NCBI GenBank assembly: GCA_964384925.1
Contig: CAYLNP010000004.1
Span: 1 to 41,530 of the forward strand
Reading direction: 5' to 3'
DNA length: 41,530 nucleotides
Source of the DNA: an uncultured Woeseiaceae bacterium
GTDB lineage: Bacteria; Pseudomonadota; Gammaproteobacteria; Steroidobacterales; PWYM01
The notes under the pieces were generated by a model. It was not told the DNA's origin. It saw only the letters and a program-made list of their open reading frames with translations, and searched no databases. Of this stretch, positions 8,390-20,278 are shown piece by piece. Both the position numbers and the translations under genes were made by a program. Each line of letters starts with the position of its first letter. The stretch's first letter is position 1.

Positions 8390-9154
8390 GTGCGCTTGGC
8401 GTATCTGGGCAGCGGCAGTCGCGGCAACGCCGCGCTGATCGAGCATCGCGACACCCTTGTTATGCTCGATTGCGGGTTCTCCGCCGCTGAAACCGAACGG
8501 CGTCTGCGCCGGTGCCAGCGAGAGCCCGGCGATGTCGATGCCGTACTCGTCACGCATGAGCATTCCGATCACGCCAGCGGCGTGCTGCGCTTCGCCGCGC
8601 GCCACCAGATACCCGTCTACCTGACGCGCGGCACCGCCTGGTCGATTCGTGCCCAGGACTACGCACACCTGCGCTGCATCAGCGCCCACGATCCCTTCCA
8701 GGTGGGCAACGTGACGATTCGCCCGGTGCCCGTCCCCCACGATGCGCGCGAGCCCTGCCAGTTTGTCTTCGAGGCCGAGGGTCAGCGGCTCGGCGTGCTG
8801 ACCGATGCCGGTCATCTCACACCGCATCTGTGCGAGGCACTCACCGGATGTGATGGGCTGGCCGTGGAATGCAATCACGATGCCGACATGCTGGCGGTGG
8901 GCCCATATCCCGCCTCGCTCAAGCGGCGCGTGGGCGGCGCGCTTGGGCATCTGAATAACAGCCAGGCCGCCCAGCTGGTGGCCCTGCAGGATCACACGCG
9001 ACTGCAATGGCTGGTCGGGGTGCATCTTTCCGAACAGAACAACACCCCGCAGCGGGCGCGCGCCGCCCTCGACGCGGCACTGGACAACGCGGCTACGCCG
9101 GTCTTCCTTGCCGATCAGGACACGGGTCTGGACTGGCTGGAACTCGCGCGCTGA
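8390..9154 (+). CDS. Metallo-beta-lactamase-fold hydrolase (YycJ/WalJ-like)
   Basis: LGSGSRGNA, THEHSDH, HDAREP, ECNHD, GHLNN and HLSEQNN motifs. Confidence 0.87.
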   Translation: MRLAYLGSGSRGNAALIEHRDTLVMLDCGFSAAETERRLRRCQREPGDVDAVLVTHEHSDHASGVLRFAARHQIPVYLTRGTAWSIRAQDYAHLRCISAHDPFQVGNVTIRPVPVPHDAREPCQFVFEAEGQRLGVLTDAGHLTPHLCEALTGCDGLAVECNHDADMLAVGPYPASLKRRVGGALGHLNNSQAAQLVALQDHTRLQWLVGVHLSEQNNTPQRARAALDAALDNAATPVFLADQDTGLDWLELAR

Positions 9155-9223
9155 GGCCTGCAGGACTGCCTCGCACTGGCGCCATCCGGTATCATGCCGA
9201 GTTGCCTAGTCAGGGTCCGTTCC

Positions 9224-12200
9224 ATGCTGTTACTTCCCGGCCCGCCCGCACTCTCCGCGCATCGACTCGACAAGCTTCTGCCCAGGTTGCAGGCCCTGGC
9301 GCCGGCGATTGTCTCGCTGCGCGCAGACTTCGAGCACTACGCCAATCTTGCTGGTGAACTCACGGCCGCGCAGCGGCACCGCCTCGAGCGCCTGCTGAGT
9401 TACGGCAGCGAATCGGTGCGCCCGTCGGGGGAGGGACAGCCGTTGTGGGTGGTGCCGCGGCTGGGCACCATCTCGCCCTGGTCGTCCAAGGCCAGTGACA
9501 TCGCGCAGCTGTGCGCGCTGCCTGAGGTGCTGCGCCTGGAGCGCGGCGTGCGCTTCGAGATCGAGGCGACACAGGCGCTCGACACCGATGAACTGCACGC
9601 GGCCGCAGGCTTGCTGCACGATCGGATGACGCAGAGCGCGCTTTTCGCGGCGCCGACGAACACGCAGATTTTCGAGCGCCACGCAGCGCGCCCGCTGACG
9701 ACGGTGGATGTGCTGGGCGAGGGCAGGGCGGCGCTGCAGGCCGCCAATGATGCGCTGGGACTCGCGCTGTCGGATGACGAGATCGAATATCTGCATGACA
9801 ACTTTGCCCGACTGGCGCGAAACCCCACGGATGTCGAGCTGATGATGTTCGCGCAGGCCAACTCCGAGCACTGCCGCCACAAGATCTTCAATGCCGACTG
9901 GATCATCGACGGACAGGCGCGCGATCAGACGCTGTTCGGCATGATTCGCAACACCCATGCGCACGCACCCGAGGGTGTGCTCTCGGCCTACAAGGACAAT
10001 GCCGCGGTGATCCGTGGCAGCCGAGGGCGGCGCTTCTTCGCCGATCCGCACTCCGGGCGCTATGGGGCCCAGGAAGAGGATATCCACATCCTGATGAAGG
10101 TGGAGACGCACAATCACCCCACCGCCATCGCGCCGCACGCCGGTGCCGCGACCGGCGCGGGCGGGGAGATCCGCGACGAGGGCGCCACCGGGCGCGGCGC
10201 GCGCCCCAAGGCGGGCCTGTGCGGCTTCTCGGTGTCTCATCTGCGTATCCCCGGGGCAGTAAGGCCGTGGGAGCGGGACTTCGGCAAGCCGGCGCACATC
10301 GCCTCGGCGCTGGAGATCATGCTCGAAGGTCCCATCGGTGCCGCGGCGTTCAATAATGAATTTGGCCGACCGAATCTTGCCGGCTACTTCCGCAGCTTTG
10401 AGCAGCTCAGTGGCGACCCGGCGGTGGCCCGCGGCTATCACAAGCCGATCATGCTCGCCGGCGGGCTGGGCAACATCCGCGGCATGCATGTCGACAAGGC
10501 CGAAGTGCCCGTGGCGGGCAAACTGATCGTCCTCGGTGGCCCGGCGATGCTGATCGGCCTGGGCGGTGGGGCCGCCTCATCGAAACAGGGCAGCGAGGGC
10601 ACCGAGGCGCTGGATTTCGCCTCGGTGCAGCGCGAGAACCCTGAGATGCAGCGCCGTGCCCAGGAGGTGATCGACCGCTGCTGGGCGCTGGGTGAGGACA
10701 ATCCGGTGCTGCTGATTCATGACGTAGGCGCGGGCGGGCTGTCGAACGCCGTGCCCGAGGCCGTTGATCACAGCCACCGCGGTGCGGTCGTGGATTTGCG
10801 CGCGGTTCCCAACGACGAGCCCGGCATGTCGCCGATGGAGATCTGGTGCAACGAGTCGCAGGAGCGCTACGTGCTCGTGGTCGCGGCCGATTCTCTCGAT
10901 GCGTTCGATGCGATTTGCCGGCGTGAACGCTGTCCGTACGCAGTGCTCGGGAACATCACCGCAGAGCGTCTGCTGAAGGTGCATGATCCACAGTTCCGCA
11001 ATCTGCCGGTGGCGATGCCGATGGAGGTGCTGCTCGGCAAGACGCCGAAGATGCTTCGTGACGTGACGCACGTGAGCGAAACGCGGCAGCCCTGGCATGC
11101 CGCGGATATCGATGTCAGTGAGGCACTTCATCGCGTACTCGCCCATCCGACGGTCGCCGACAAGTCCTTTCTGATTCATATCGGCGATCGCACCGTGGGC
11201 GGGCTCACCGCGCGCGATCAGCTGGTGGGGCCCTGGCAGGTTCCGGTCAGTGATGTGGCGGTCACGCTCGCCGACTTCGATGGCTACGCGGGCGAGGCCA
11301 TGTCCATCGGCGAGCGCACCCCCGTGGCGCTGCTTTCAGGACCTGCCTCGGCGAGGCTCGCGGTTGCCGAGGCGTTGACCAACCTGGCGGCCGCGGACGT
11401 CGCGTCGCTCGCCGATGTACGCCTGTCGGCGAACTGGATGGCGGCGGCCGGCTGGCCCGGCGAGGATGCCGTGCTGTTCGACACCGTTCAGGCGATCGGC
11501 GAGACCCTGTGCCCGGCACTGGGCATCGCCATTCCGGTCGGCAAGGATTCGATGTCGATGCGCACCACGTGGCGGGAGGAGGGCGAACAGCGCGCCGTGG
11601 TCGCGCCGTTGTCGCTGATCATCTCCGCGTTTGCGCCCGTGGACGATGCGCGTCGCACACTCGACCCGCAGATTCATCCGGACATCGAAGACACCGTGCT
11701 GGTGCTGATCGACCTGTCGGCAGGCCGCAATCGGCTGGGTGGCTCGATCCTCGCGCAGGTCTACGGTGCACTGGGCAGCGACGCGGCCGACCTTGACGAT
11801 CCGCAGCGCCTGGCCGGGTTCTTCCGCGGCATGGTTGCGGCGCGCCGCGAGGGTCTGGTGCTGGCCTATCACGATCGCAGCGACGGCGGCCTGATCGTCA
11901 CGCTGGTGGAGATGGCCTTTGCCGGGCGTTGCGGGCTGACCATCAATCTGCCCGGCGACGTCGATGACGTGGCGATACTGTTCGCCGAGGAACCCGGGGC
12001 GGTATTGCAGGTGAAACACGGCGATCTGTCGCGTCTGCGTGTGCTGTTCGCCGCCGAGGGTCTGGACGCCGAACTCTGCGTACTCGGCACGCCGACGCAG
12101 GGCCGCCGCATCGTCGTGCAACAGGGCGACGTGCGCGTGCTGGACGCCGATCGCAGCGAACTCAGGCGCGTATGGTCCGATAACAGCTGGCGGATGCAAC

Positions 12201-13105
12201 GGCTGCGCGACGACCCGGGCTGTGCCGATCAGGCGCTTGCGCTGCTGCTCGATGATGCCGACCCGGGACTCAACGTCGTGCAGCGCTTTGCCGTCACGCC
12301 GCCGGCCATTGTTGGCGCGGCGCGGCCCAGGGTGGCGATTCTTCGCGAGCAGGGCGTGAATTCGCAGGTGGAAATGGCAGCGGCGTTCGATCGCGCCGGC
12401 TTCGAAGCCATCGATGTGCACATGAGCGATGTGCTCGAAGGGCGACAGGACCTGCGGGATGTGCGCGGGCTGGTCGCCTGCGGGGGCTTCAGCTACGGTG
12501 ATGTGCTCGGCGCAGGCGAAGGCTGGGCAAAAACGATCGCCTACAATCCGCAGGCCCGTGACATCTTCGCCGAGTACTTCCTGCGCGCCGATGCCTTCAC
12601 GCTGGGCGTATGCAACGGCTGCCAGATGCTCGCCGCACTGCGCGAGATCATTCCGGGCAGCGATCACTGGCCACGTTTCGTGCGCAATGCCAGCGAGCAG
12701 TTCGAGGCGCGGCTGTCGCTGGTCGAAGTGCTCGACTCGCCGTCGGTGCTGCTGACCGGAATGCAGGGCTCACGTCTGCTGATCGCGAGCTCGCATGGTG
12801 AGGGCCGTGCGCTGTTTGCCAGGCCCGACGCAGCCGACGAGGCGCTGGCGCACGGTCTGGTCGGCCTGCGCTATGTCGACCACCATGGACAGGCAACCAC
12901 TCGCTATCCGCAGAACCCCAACGGCTCTCCCGGGGGCATCTGCGCGCTCTCCAGTGTCGACGGTCGCGCGACCATCATGATGCCCCACCCCGAGCGGGTG
13001 TTCAGGACCGTGCAGCACGCCTGGCACCCGCCGGGCGGTGCCGAGGACGGCGCATGGATGCAGTTGTGGTACAACGCGCGCCGCTGGGTCGGTCAGGGCG
13101 GTTGA
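9224..13105 (+). CDS. purL: Phosphoribosylformylglycinamidine synthase (large single-chain PurL)
   Basis: [36 protein letters not shown], glutaminase GVCNGCQ and MMPHPER. Likely ATG at 9224. Confidence 0.98.
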   Translation: MLLLPGPPALSAHRLDKLLPRLQALAPAIVSLRADFEHYANLAGELTAAQRHRLERLLSYGSESVRPSGEGQPLWVVPRLGTISPWSSKASDIAQLCALPEVLRLERGVRFEIEATQALDTDELHAAAGLLHDRMTQSALFAAPTNTQIFERHAARPLTTVDVLGEGRAALQAANDALGLALSDDEIEYLHDNFARLARNPTDVELMMFAQANSEHCRHKIFNADWIIDGQARDQTLFGMIRNTHAHAPEGVLSAYKDNAAVIRGSRGRRFFADPHSGRYGAQEEDIHILMKVETHNHPTAIAPHAGAATGAGGEIRDEGATGRGARPKAGLCGFSVSHLRIPGAVRPWERDFGKPAHIASALEIMLEGPIGAAAFNNEFGRPNLAGYFRSFEQLSGDPAVARGYHKPIMLAGGLGNIRGMHVDKAEVPVAGKLIVLGGPAMLIGLGGGAASSKQGSEGTEALDFASVQRENPEMQRRAQEVIDRCWALGEDNPVLLIHDVGAGGLSNAVPEAVDHSHRGAVVDLRAVPNDEPGMSPMEIWCNESQERYVLVVAADSLDAFDAICRRERCPYAVLGNITAERLLKVHDPQFRNLPVAMPMEVLLGKTPKMLRDVTHVSETRQPWHAADIDVSEALHRVLAHPTVADKSFLIHIGDRTVGGLTARDQLVGPWQVPVSDVAVTLADFDGYAGEAMSIGERTPVALLSGPASARLAVAEALTNLAAADVASLADVRLSANWMAAAGWPGEDAVLFDTVQAIGETLCPALGIAIPVGKDSMSMRTTWREEGEQRAVVAPLSLIISAFAPVDDARRTLDPQIHPDIEDTVLVLIDLSAGRNRLGGSILAQVYGALGSDAADLDDPQRLAGFFRGMVAARREGLVLAYHDRSDGGLIVTLVEMAFAGRCGLTINLPGDVDDVAILFAEEPGAVLQVKHGDLSRLRVLFAAEGLDAELCVLGTPTQGRRIVVQQGDVRVLDADRSELRRVWSDNSWRMQRLRDDPGCADQALALLLDDADPGLNVVQRFAVTPPAIVGAARPRVAILREQGVNSQVEMAAAFDRAGFEAIDVHMSDVLEGRQDLRDVRGLVACGGFSYGDVLGAGEGWAKTIAYNPQARDIFAEYFLRADAFTLGVCNGCQMLAALREIIPGSDHWPRFVRNASEQFEARLSLVEVLDSPSVLLTGMQGSRLLIASSHGEGRALFARPDAADEALAHGLVGLRYVDHHGQATTRYPQNPNGSPGGICALSSVDGRATIMMPHPERVFRTVQHAWHPPGGAEDGAWMQLWYNARRWVGQGG

Positions 13106-13156
13106 TCGCGGGCGCGGCGGCCCGGCGCATGTGCGTCGAGCCGCGTCGCGGGGGCT

Positions 13157-14635
13157 TCAGGCGCGATGAGCGTTCGCGATACTGCTCTGCGGCATCCAGC
13201 AGGCATGAAATCCTGAAGGCACATGGCGTGGCAGGCGCACGCGCGCGACGGGGCCTGCACTGATGTCGCGCGCATCGAAGACCTGCAGCTGCTGTTCGCG
13301 GCTGGCCTCGTTCCAGGCGAAGACCACCACATAGCCGTCGTCCTCGGCCTGGCCGTCATCGGCCGGCGCGAACCAGGCCTCCGAGTACCAGCTGTGCTCG
13401 GCGCCGTCGCTGAACGCGCCTGTGCACTCACCGCTGTCGGTGTCGAACTTGCGGATGCCCGTCCAGTGCAGAATATGCGGGTGGTGATCCACCAGGTAAC
13501 CCCAGCGCGTCGGGCGCCCGGTGCGTCCGGCATGCATGCTCGGAAACTCGACGTTGTAGCGATCATCGAGCTGTTCCTCTCGCGCCTCGCCGGTGCGCAG
13601 ATTCATGCGCCAGCGCCACAGGCGTGCATTCATTCGCAGCTCGGCGATACTGCGCGCCGTGCGAGGTGCGTCTATCGCTCCGCTTGCAGTGCGCTCGGGC
13701 AGGTAGCGACAACCCACCATCACCACCTCATCGCCCTGTTCCCATGCGTTGATGGTGTGATAAACGAAGCATGGCGAGAATTCGAACCAGCGAATCGAGT
13801 CGCTCGCGCCATACCGTGGGATGACGCCGAAGCGGGTGGGCATCTCCGGATGAAAGTTCAGCTTGTGGCGACCCAGTGCCATCGCCGCCTCATCGTGCAG
13901 CAGCGGCAGATCGTGCAGGATCGAATAATGCTCGGTGATGGCCATGTCATGCGGCAGGCGCGGGCCGGGCAGTTCAATGGGCACATGGTTGCGCACAGTG
14001 CCGTCGGCGGCAACCACGCCGTAGCTCATGTACGGCGCGTCGTTCCAGTAATCGAAGAACATCAGCTCGCCGGTATGCGCGTCGACCTTGGGGTGAGCCG
14101 AGAATCCGCCCCCGTGGCGTCTGGCGTACGGCGCCTTGCCCAGCGTCTCCAGGGTCACCGGATCGAGCGTGTAGATCTCACCCGACATGTACCAGCTCGC
14201 CAGGGCCACGCCGCCATGGCCGATCACATCCGTATTGGCGGCATCTTTTAGGCGTTTGTCCGTGCGACCCTTGAGGGTTTCGCGGATACCGTGGAACGTC
14301 GCGCGGCCGGCGCGATCTTCTTCGCGCCAGGCATCGGTGCGGACCCAGCGATTGCGGTACACGACACGGCCACGTTCGAAGTGCGCGGCATGGATCATGC
14401 CGTCACCATCGAAGGGATGGTAGCGACCCTGCGGGGCAAACCGCGGGTTCGGGCCGTTGCGAAGGTAGACGCCGTTCAGATCCGCGGGAATCTCACCCTC
14501 GACCGGCAGGTCGTCCCACACTGACTCATCGGCCACCGGCGCGAACGGGCCCATCAGCATCGGGCCGTAGTCTTCGCCGAACGGTGCTTCCGGCGCGACG
14601 TCGGGGCCTCTGACAGGCAGCGCAGTGTGTCGCAT
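13157..14635 (-). CDS. Carotenoid-cleavage oxygenase (RPE65/lignostilbene dioxygenase) family protein
   Basis: YLRNGPNP, HPFDGDGM and four Fe-ligand His motifs (SAHPK, PHDMAIT, VYHTINAWE, GFHACW). Confidence 0.9.
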   Translation of the reverse strand: MRHTALPVRGPDVAPEAPFGEDYGPMLMGPFAPVADESVWDDLPVEGEIPADLNGVYLRNGPNPRFAPQGRYHPFDGDGMIHAAHFERGRVVYRNRWVRTDAWREEDRAGRATFHGIRETLKGRTDKRLKDAANTDVIGHGGVALASWYMSGEIYTLDPVTLETLGKAPYARRHGGGFSAHPKVDAHTGELMFFDYWNDAPYMSYGVVAADGTVRNHVPIELPGPRLPHDMAITEHYSILHDLPLLHDEAAMALGRHKLNFHPEMPTRFGVIPRYGASDSIRWFEFSPCFVYHTINAWEQGDEVVMVGCRYLPERTASGAIDAPRTARSIAELRMNARLWRWRMNLRTGEAREEQLDDRYNVEFPSMHAGRTGRPTRWGYLVDHHPHILHWTGIRKFDTDSGECTGAFSDGAEHSWYSEAWFAPADDGQAEDDGYVVVFAWNEASREQQLQVFDARDISAGPVARVRLPRHVPSGFHACWMPQSSIANAHRA

Positions 14636-14804
14636 TCGGGCGTCTCCGCGGGGATGTTCACGACGCAGACGGTGTAAGTCTGCTTATGAAAGTAAGTCGA
14701 GTGTAAAGCAGCGTCCTACAGGTCGCAAGTCACGTATGCTGCATCGCAGCACGAAGGTTGGCGGGATGCTGGAGCGGCGCCGTGCGGCCGGCGCGTCCGC
14801 GTGC

Positions 14805-15557
14805 TCAGGCGCTGTCGGCCTTTGGATCAGGACCGGTGTCGTCGATGTCATGGGCCGCACCGTGCGCCGACACCACCGCCAGCCTGCGCCCGGACTGGGC
14901 GGCGAAGAAGCGTCGCATGCGCATCGCCCGGGTAAGTTTTTCGCGGCGGATATAGGTCTGGTAGAGCAGGTCCTTCATCGCCTCGAGCAGCGCCCCTGCC
15001 TGGCTGGCATCGACTTCCGGCAGCGTGGCGTCACGCTCCGCCGTGCCACCGAAGATGATCGAGCGCAGCACCTGGGCGGTATCGCCGTCGAGCTCGCACA
15101 ACTCGATGATGTCCTCGAGCGTGTCGAACATGCGCAACCGTCCGCCCTCACCGAGGTCTTCGAACACCGCCTGTGCGCTGCGTCGACACATCGAGGCAAA
15201 GGCGTTGAAGCAGTCACTGGCGTGACAGGCCAGTGCCTCGCGGAACAGCCGGGCAACATTGGCGGGCAGGTATACGAACGCATAGCGTTCCGGCGCACGC
15301 TCCAGTTCCTGGCCATTGCCGGCCAGTTCGATGCGCTGTGCATCCTGACGACGGACCGTGTAGCGGAAAAATCTCGGCGCGTCACAGGCGTTGCAGCGAA
15401 ACACGATCCCTACACGCGAGGGAGCATCGCGCCGCAGGCTTGCGAAGTCGGGCACCGAGACGGGAGTCAGGGTCGCCTGCGCATGACAATGCGGACACTC
15501 TGCAGGCAGCGGCTGCGCCGAGGGTGGCTGAAGCCCTGCAGGTGTGATGGTCCACAT
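14805..15557 (-). CDS. Hypothetical protein with an N-terminal Zn ribbon and a DUF4145-like helical domain
   Basis: CPHC...CNAC pair, then LFREALACH...FNAFASMCRRSAQ...LLEAMKDLLYQTY. Starts 3 nt after the ettA stop. Confidence 0.6.
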   Translation of the reverse strand: MWTITPAGLQPPSAQPLPAECPHCHAQATLTPVSVPDFASLRRDAPSRVGIVFRCNACDAPRFFRYTVRRQDAQRIELAGNGQELERAPERYAFVYLPANVARLFREALACHASDCFNAFASMCRRSAQAVFEDLGEGGRLRMFDTLEDIIELCELDGDTAQVLRSIIFGGTAERDATLPEVDASQAGALLEAMKDLLYQTYIRREKLTRAMRMRRFFAAQSGRRLAVVSAHGAAHDIDDTGPDPKADSA

Positions 15558-15560
15558 GTA

Positions 15561-17228
15561 TCAGGCCTCCAGGCGGCGGTAGCGTATCCGGTGTGGCTGG
15601 TCGGCATCATCGCCACGACGTCGCTTCAGATCGGCTGCATAGTCTGCGTAGTTGCCCTGGAACCAGACTACCTGACTGTCGCCCTCGAACGCGAGAATAT
15701 GGGTGGCGATGCGATCGAGAAACCAGCGGTCATGGGAGATCACCATCGCGCAGCCTGGAAACTCCAGCAGCGCTTCTTCGAGCGCGCGCAGCGTCTCCAC
15801 GTCGAGATCGTTGGTTGGTTCGTCAAGCAGGATCACGTTGCCACCGGATTTAAGGACTTTCGCCAGGTGCACGCGATTGCGCTCACCGCCGGAGAGCAGG
15901 CCGATCTTCTGCTGCTGGTTGGTGCCGCGGAAATTGAACCGGCCGACGTAGGCCCGGGAGGAGGTCTCGTAGTTGCCGATGCGGATCATGTCCAGACCAT
16001 CGGAGATCTCCTCCCACACTGTCTTGGCATCATCGAGGCTCTGGCGCGACTGGTCGACGTAGGCCATCTGCACGGTCTCGCCGATGCGGATATCGCCGCT
16101 GTCGGGCTGCTCCTGTCCGGTGATCATCCGGAACAGCGTGGTCTTGCCGGCCCCGTTGGGACCGATGATGCCGACGATCGCGCCTGCCGGCACCTGAAAC
16201 TCGAGGTCTTCGAACAGCACCTTGTTGCCGAAGGCCTTGCTCACACCCTGAGGGTGGATCACCAGATCGCCGAGGCGCGGCCCGGGTGGAATATAGATCT
16301 CGTTGGTCTCGTTGCGCTTCTGGTATTCCTGCGAGGAGAGCTCCTCGAAGCGCTGCAGGCGGGCCTTGCTCTTGGCCTGGCGGCCCTTGGGATTCTGTCG
16401 CACCCAGTCGAGCTCTGCACTCATCGCCTTGCGACGCCCTTCCTCCTGTTTTTCCTCGACGGCGAGGCGTGCTTCCTTCTGCTCCAGCCAGGACGAATAG
16501 TTGCCCTGCCAGGGGATCCCATGCCCACGATCGAGTTCGAGGATCCAGCCGGCGACGTTGTCGAGGAAGTAGCGGTCATGGGTCACCGCGATCACGGTGC
16601 CCGGATATTCTTCGAGAAAACGCTCGAGCCACGCGACGCTCTCGGCATCGAGATGGTTGGTCGGTTCATCGAGCAGCAGCATGTCGGGTGCAGAGAGCAG
16701 CAGCCGGCACAGCGCGACGCGCCGTCGTTCACCGCCTGAGAGCTTTGTCACGTCCGCGTCCCATGGCGGCAGACGCAGGGCCTCGGCGGCGACTTCAAGC
16801 TTGCGTTCGAGATTGTGCGCATCCGCGGCCTGGATGATGTTCTCGAGTTCTGCCTGCTTCTTCGCCAGCGCATCGAAATCGGCATCGGGTTCAGCGTAGG
16901 CGGCATACACGGCATCGAGCGCCTGCTGGGCTTCCACAAGCTCGCCCAGGCCTTCCTCGACATTGCCACGCACGTCCTTGCTGGCATCGAGCTCAGGCTC
17001 CTGTGGCAGGTAGCCGATCTTGATGCCCGGCTGGGGGCGTGCCTCGCCATCGAACTCACGATCGATGCCCGCCATGATGCGCAGCAGCGTGGACTTGCCA
17101 GAACCGTTCAGGCCAAGCACGCCGATCTTGGCGCCCGGATAGAACGACAGCGAGATGTCGCGAATGATGTAACGTTTGGGTGGCACGATCTTGGCCACCC
17201 GGTTCATCGTGTAAATGTACTGGGCCAT
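15561..17228 (-). CDS. ettA: ABC-F translation throttle protein EttA
   Basis: 555 aa from [11 protein letters not shown]; two ABC domains ([32 protein letters not shown]), no TM helices. Confidence 0.97.
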   Translation of the reverse strand: MAQYIYTMNRVAKIVPPKRYIIRDISLSFYPGAKIGVLGLNGSGKSTLLRIMAGIDREFDGEARPQPGIKIGYLPQEPELDASKDVRGNVEEGLGELVEAQQALDAVYAAYAEPDADFDALAKKQAELENIIQAADAHNLERKLEVAAEALRLPPWDADVTKLSGGERRRVALCRLLLSAPDMLLLDEPTNHLDAESVAWLERFLEEYPGTVIAVTHDRYFLDNVAGWILELDRGHGIPWQGNYSSWLEQKEARLAVEEKQEEGRRKAMSAELDWVRQNPKGRQAKSKARLQRFEELSSQEYQKRNETNEIYIPPGPRLGDLVIHPQGVSKAFGNKVLFEDLEFQVPAGAIVGIIGPNGAGKTTLFRMITGQEQPDSGDIRIGETVQMAYVDQSRQSLDDAKTVWEEISDGLDMIRIGNYETSSRAYVGRFNFRGTNQQQKIGLLSGGERNRVHLAKVLKSGGNVILLDEPTNDLDVETLRALEEALLEFPGCAMVISHDRWFLDRIATHILAFEGDSQVVWFQGNYADYAADLKRRRGDDADQPHRIRYRRLEA

Positions 17229-17395
17229 GGGATCTCTGAGTCCGCTCGAAGAGTAGAGTGTGATGGCGCCGCCGGCGCAGGCCGCACCGCGTGGGGCGCA
17301 AGGTCCGCGATTATCCGCTTTCGGGCAGCGCATGACCACCGGCGCCGGCAGCCCAGCTGCTAGAATCTCTTCCCGATTCCCGCCAGCAGGCCACC

Positions 17396-18385
17396 ATGCA
17401 CCAGCCCATTGAAACGCGCGACATTGCCCCCGGCAGCACGCTGCTGGTCTCCGGGCCGCAAATCGCTGCCTACGGCTTCGGTAATGGCCACCCGTTCGGA
17501 CCGGATCGTCACGAAGCGTTCATGCAGGCAGCGCGCAATGCCGGTCTGCTGGAACGTGTGGCTCACCTGGCACCGCGCCGGGCCACGCGCGAGGAGCTGC
17601 TGGCATTTCACACTGCGGCCTACGTGGCGCTCGTCGAGCGCCGCTGTGCCAGCGGCAGCGGCTATCTGGATGGCGGGGATACGCCGGCGCTGCAGGGACT
17701 TTTCGAGTCGGCGTGCTGGGTGGTGGGTGCAACGTTGCGCGCGGTGGAGCAGGTGATGACCACCGGCGGGCGTGCCTTCGTACCCATCGCCGGTCTGCAT
17801 CATGCCGCGCGCGGCGCCGCTGCGGGCTTCTGCGTGTTCAACGACTGTGCGATTGCCGCCGAGCTGCTGCGCAGTCGCTACGGGCTGTCGCGCATCGCCT
17901 ATGTCGATATCGACGCCCACCATGGCGACGGCGTGTTCTACGGCTTCGAGGATGACCCGGCGATGCTGTTCGCCGACACCCATGAAGACGGTCGCTATCT
18001 GTATCCGGGCACCGGGGCGCGGATCGAGACCGGCCGCGGCGCCGCCGTGGGCACCAAGCTCAACCTGCCGTTGCCCCCTGGGGCGGGAGATGCGGAATTT
18101 CTCGCGGCGTGGGAGGAGGTCGAAGCGTACCTGGAGGCCGCGCGGCCCGAGTTCATCCTGCTGCAGTGTGGTGCCGACAGCCTCGCCGGAGACCCGATCA
18201 CGCATCTGCGCTTCTCGGAGGCTGCCCATGGCCACGCGGCGACACGCCTTTGCATGCTTGCGGATCGTCATGCGCAGGGCCGTATCGTCGCGATGGGCGG
18301 CGGCGGCTACAACCGGGACAATCTGGGCCGCGCCTGGTCGGCGGTGGTTGCCGCCTTCGTCGCCCACGAACAGGCCGGCCACTAG
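17396..18385 (+). CDS. Zn-dependent histone-deacetylase family protein (AcuC-like)
   Basis: [36 protein letters not shown] and GGGGY motifs. Extended -10 TGcTAGAAT at 17358-17366. Confidence 0.9.
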   Translation: MHQPIETRDIAPGSTLLVSGPQIAAYGFGNGHPFGPDRHEAFMQAARNAGLLERVAHLAPRRATREELLAFHTAAYVALVERRCASGSGYLDGGDTPALQGLFESACWVVGATLRAVEQVMTTGGRAFVPIAGLHHAARGAAAGFCVFNDCAIAAELLRSRYGLSRIAYVDIDAHHGDGVFYGFEDDPAMLFADTHEDGRYLYPGTGARIETGRGAAVGTKLNLPLPPGAGDAEFLAAWEEVEAYLEAARPEFILLQCGADSLAGDPITHLRFSEAAHGHAATRLCMLADRHAQGRIVAMGGGGYNRDNLGRAWSAVVAAFVAHEQAGH

Positions 18386-18416
18386 CGTCGCGGCGGCCGC
18401 CGCCCGGGGCGGTGGC

Positions 18417-18425
18417 TGCTACAAT
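18417..18425 (+). promoter_or_regulatory. Extended -10 element for the glyA-nrdR-rib operon
   Basis: TGcTACAAT about 57 nt upstream of the glyA start. Confidence 0.45.
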
Positions 18426-18481
18426 TGCCCGGCGCGGCGGCATGGAACGCCGTCTTCGCCGCTTTGCCCAGGAGAACGTAC

Positions 18482-19744
18482 GTGTTCGATGCCGACATGA
18501 AGATTGCCGGGTTCGACCCCGAACTCGAGACCGCCATTCGCAACGAGGAGCAGCGCCAGGAAGATCATCTGGAGCTGATCGCCTCGGAAAACTACGCAAG
18601 CCCGCGGGTCATGGAAGCCCAGGGCACGGTGCTGACCAACAAGTACGCTGAAGGCTATCCAGGCAAGCGCTATTACGGCGGCTGCGAACATGTCGACGTA
18701 GCCGAGCGCCTGGCCATCGAGCGCGCCTGCCGCCTGTTCGGCGCGGACTATGCCAATGTTCAGCCGCACTCGGGCTCACAGGCGAACGCCGCGGTCTACC
18801 TGGCATTGCTCACTGCCGGTGATGGCATTCTGGGCATGAGCCTGGATCATGGCGGCCATCTGACCCATGGTGCGAAGCCAAACTTCTCGGGCAAGCTGTT
18901 CGACGCACACCAGTACGGCGTCGACGCCAGCACCGGCGAGATCGACTACGCGCAGGTCCAGACGCTGGCCGAGCAGCATCGCCCGAAGATGATCATCGCC
19001 GGCTTCTCGGCGTATTCACGCGTCGTCGACTGGCAGCGCTTCCGCGACATCGCCGACAGCGTCGGTGCGTATCTGATGGTCGACATGGCACATGTCGCGG
19101 GCCTGGTCGCCGCCGGCGTCTACCCCAACCCGGTGCCGATCGCCGATGTGGTCACCACCACCACCCACAAGACCCTGCGAGGGCCACGTGGTGGCCTGAT
19201 TCTCGCCAAACGCAACGACGAGCTGACGAAGAAGTTCAACTCGCTGGTCTTCCCGGGTACCCAGGGCGGTCCGCTGATGCATGTCATCGCCGCCAAGGCG
19301 GTGGCGTTTCTTGAAGCGCTGGAACCCGGCTTTGCCGACTATCAGCGCAGTGTCGTCGCCAACGCGCGGTGCATGGCCACCACCCTGACCGCGCGGGGCT
19401 ATCGCATCGTCTCCGGCGGCACGGACAATCACCTGGTGCTGGTCGATCTGACCGACAAGGACATCACCGGCAAGGATGCGGAGGCCGCGCTGGGGCGTGC
19501 CAACATCACGGTCAACAAGAACACGGTGCCCAACGATCCGCGTTCGCCTTTCGTCACCAGCGGTCTGCGCATGGGTACGCCCGCGATCACGACGCGCGGC
19601 TTCGGCCTGGCGGAGACGGCGCAGATGTGCGAGTGGATTGCCGATGTGCTCGACGACATCGCCAGCGAATCGGTCATCACGCGCGTGCGTGACCAGGTCG
19701 TCGCGCTGTGCCGGCGCTTTCCGGTCTACGCCGGGGCGCGCTGA
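18482..19744 (+). CDS. glyA: Serine hydroxymethyltransferase
   Basis: [24 protein letters not shown] and PLP-lysine [17 protein letters not shown] start at 18482 behind AGGAGA. Confidence 0.98.
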   Translation: MFDADMKIAGFDPELETAIRNEEQRQEDHLELIASENYASPRVMEAQGTVLTNKYAEGYPGKRYYGGCEHVDVAERLAIERACRLFGADYANVQPHSGSQANAAVYLALLTAGDGILGMSLDHGGHLTHGAKPNFSGKLFDAHQYGVDASTGEIDYAQVQTLAEQHRPKMIIAGFSAYSRVVDWQRFRDIADSVGAYLMVDMAHVAGLVAAGVYPNPVPIADVVTTTTHKTLRGPRGGLILAKRNDELTKKFNSLVFPGTQGGPLMHVIAAKAVAFLEALEPGFADYQRSVVANARCMATTLTARGYRIVSGGTDNHLVLVDLTDKDITGKDAEAALGRANITVNKNTVPNDPRSPFVTSGLRMGTPAITTRGFGLAETAQMCEWIADVLDDIASESVITRVRDQVVALCRRFPVYAGAR

Positions 19745-19768
19745 GGCGCGCCGGCATCCGGGCGTCCC

Positions 19769-20278
19769 ATGCACTGTCCCTTCTGCGGGCATGAGGAGAC
19801 CAAGGTCATCGACTCGCGGCTGGCCGGGGAGGGCAGACAGGTACGCCGTCGCCGCGAATGCCTGCGCTGCGAAGAGCGTTTCACAACCTTCGAAACGCCG
19901 GAGCTGGTGGCGCCACGACTGGTCAAGCGTGACGGCCGTCGCGAACCGTTCGATGAGCACAAGTTGCGCGCTGGCATGGCGCGCGCGCTGGAGAAGCGCC
20001 CGGTCGCGGTCGAGGACATGGAGGCCGCACTGCAGCGTATCGTGCACCGGCTGCAGACCATGGGCGAACGCGAGATTCCTTCCAGCCGGCTTGGCGACCT
20101 GGTGATGGACGCGCTGCGTCAACTCGACGAGATCGCCTACGTGCGCTTCGCCTCGGTCTATCGCAGCTTTCAGGATGTCACGGAATTCCAGGAGGAGATC
20201 CAGCGGCTGCAGCAGCTTGCGCGAACCGCGGCGGCGCGCGAACAGATGTCACTGCTGCCCGACGACGAGGACACATGA
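19769..20278 (+). CDS. nrdR: Transcriptional repressor NrdR
   Basis: MHCPFC...VIDSR...RRRRECLRC...RFTTFE, ATP cone, and [12 protein letters not shown]. Confidence 0.97.
   Translation: MHCPFCGHEETKVIDSRLAGEGRQVRRRRECLRCEERFTTFETPELVAPRLVKRDGRREPFDEHKLRAGMARALEKRPVAVEDMEAALQRIVHRLQTMGEREIPSSRLGDLVMDALRQLDEIAYVRFASVYRSFQDVTEFQEEIQRLQQLARTAAAREQMSLLPDDEDT

Noticed and set aside
9230-12667. Long minus-strand ORFs (419 and 443 aa) inside purL, and similar ones opposite glyA, ribB, the oxygenase and DUF3604
   Set aside because: Mirror frames of strongly conserved genes produced by codon bias.
14702-14720. TGTA...TACA palindrome upstream of the oxygenase as a second PpsR or TyrR site
   Set aside because: Spacing is TGT-N13-ACA, one base too long for either consensus.
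14625-16739. 704-aa plus-strand ORF
   Set aside because: Antisense shadow of ettA and its downstream gene; no recognisable motifs, typical of GC-rich DNA.
18386-18481. Possible ZTP riboswitch before glyA (also checked before purL)
   Set aside because: Could not find the conserved aptamer elements; the leaders are short and explained by promoter plus RBS. An Rfam/Infernal scan would settle it.
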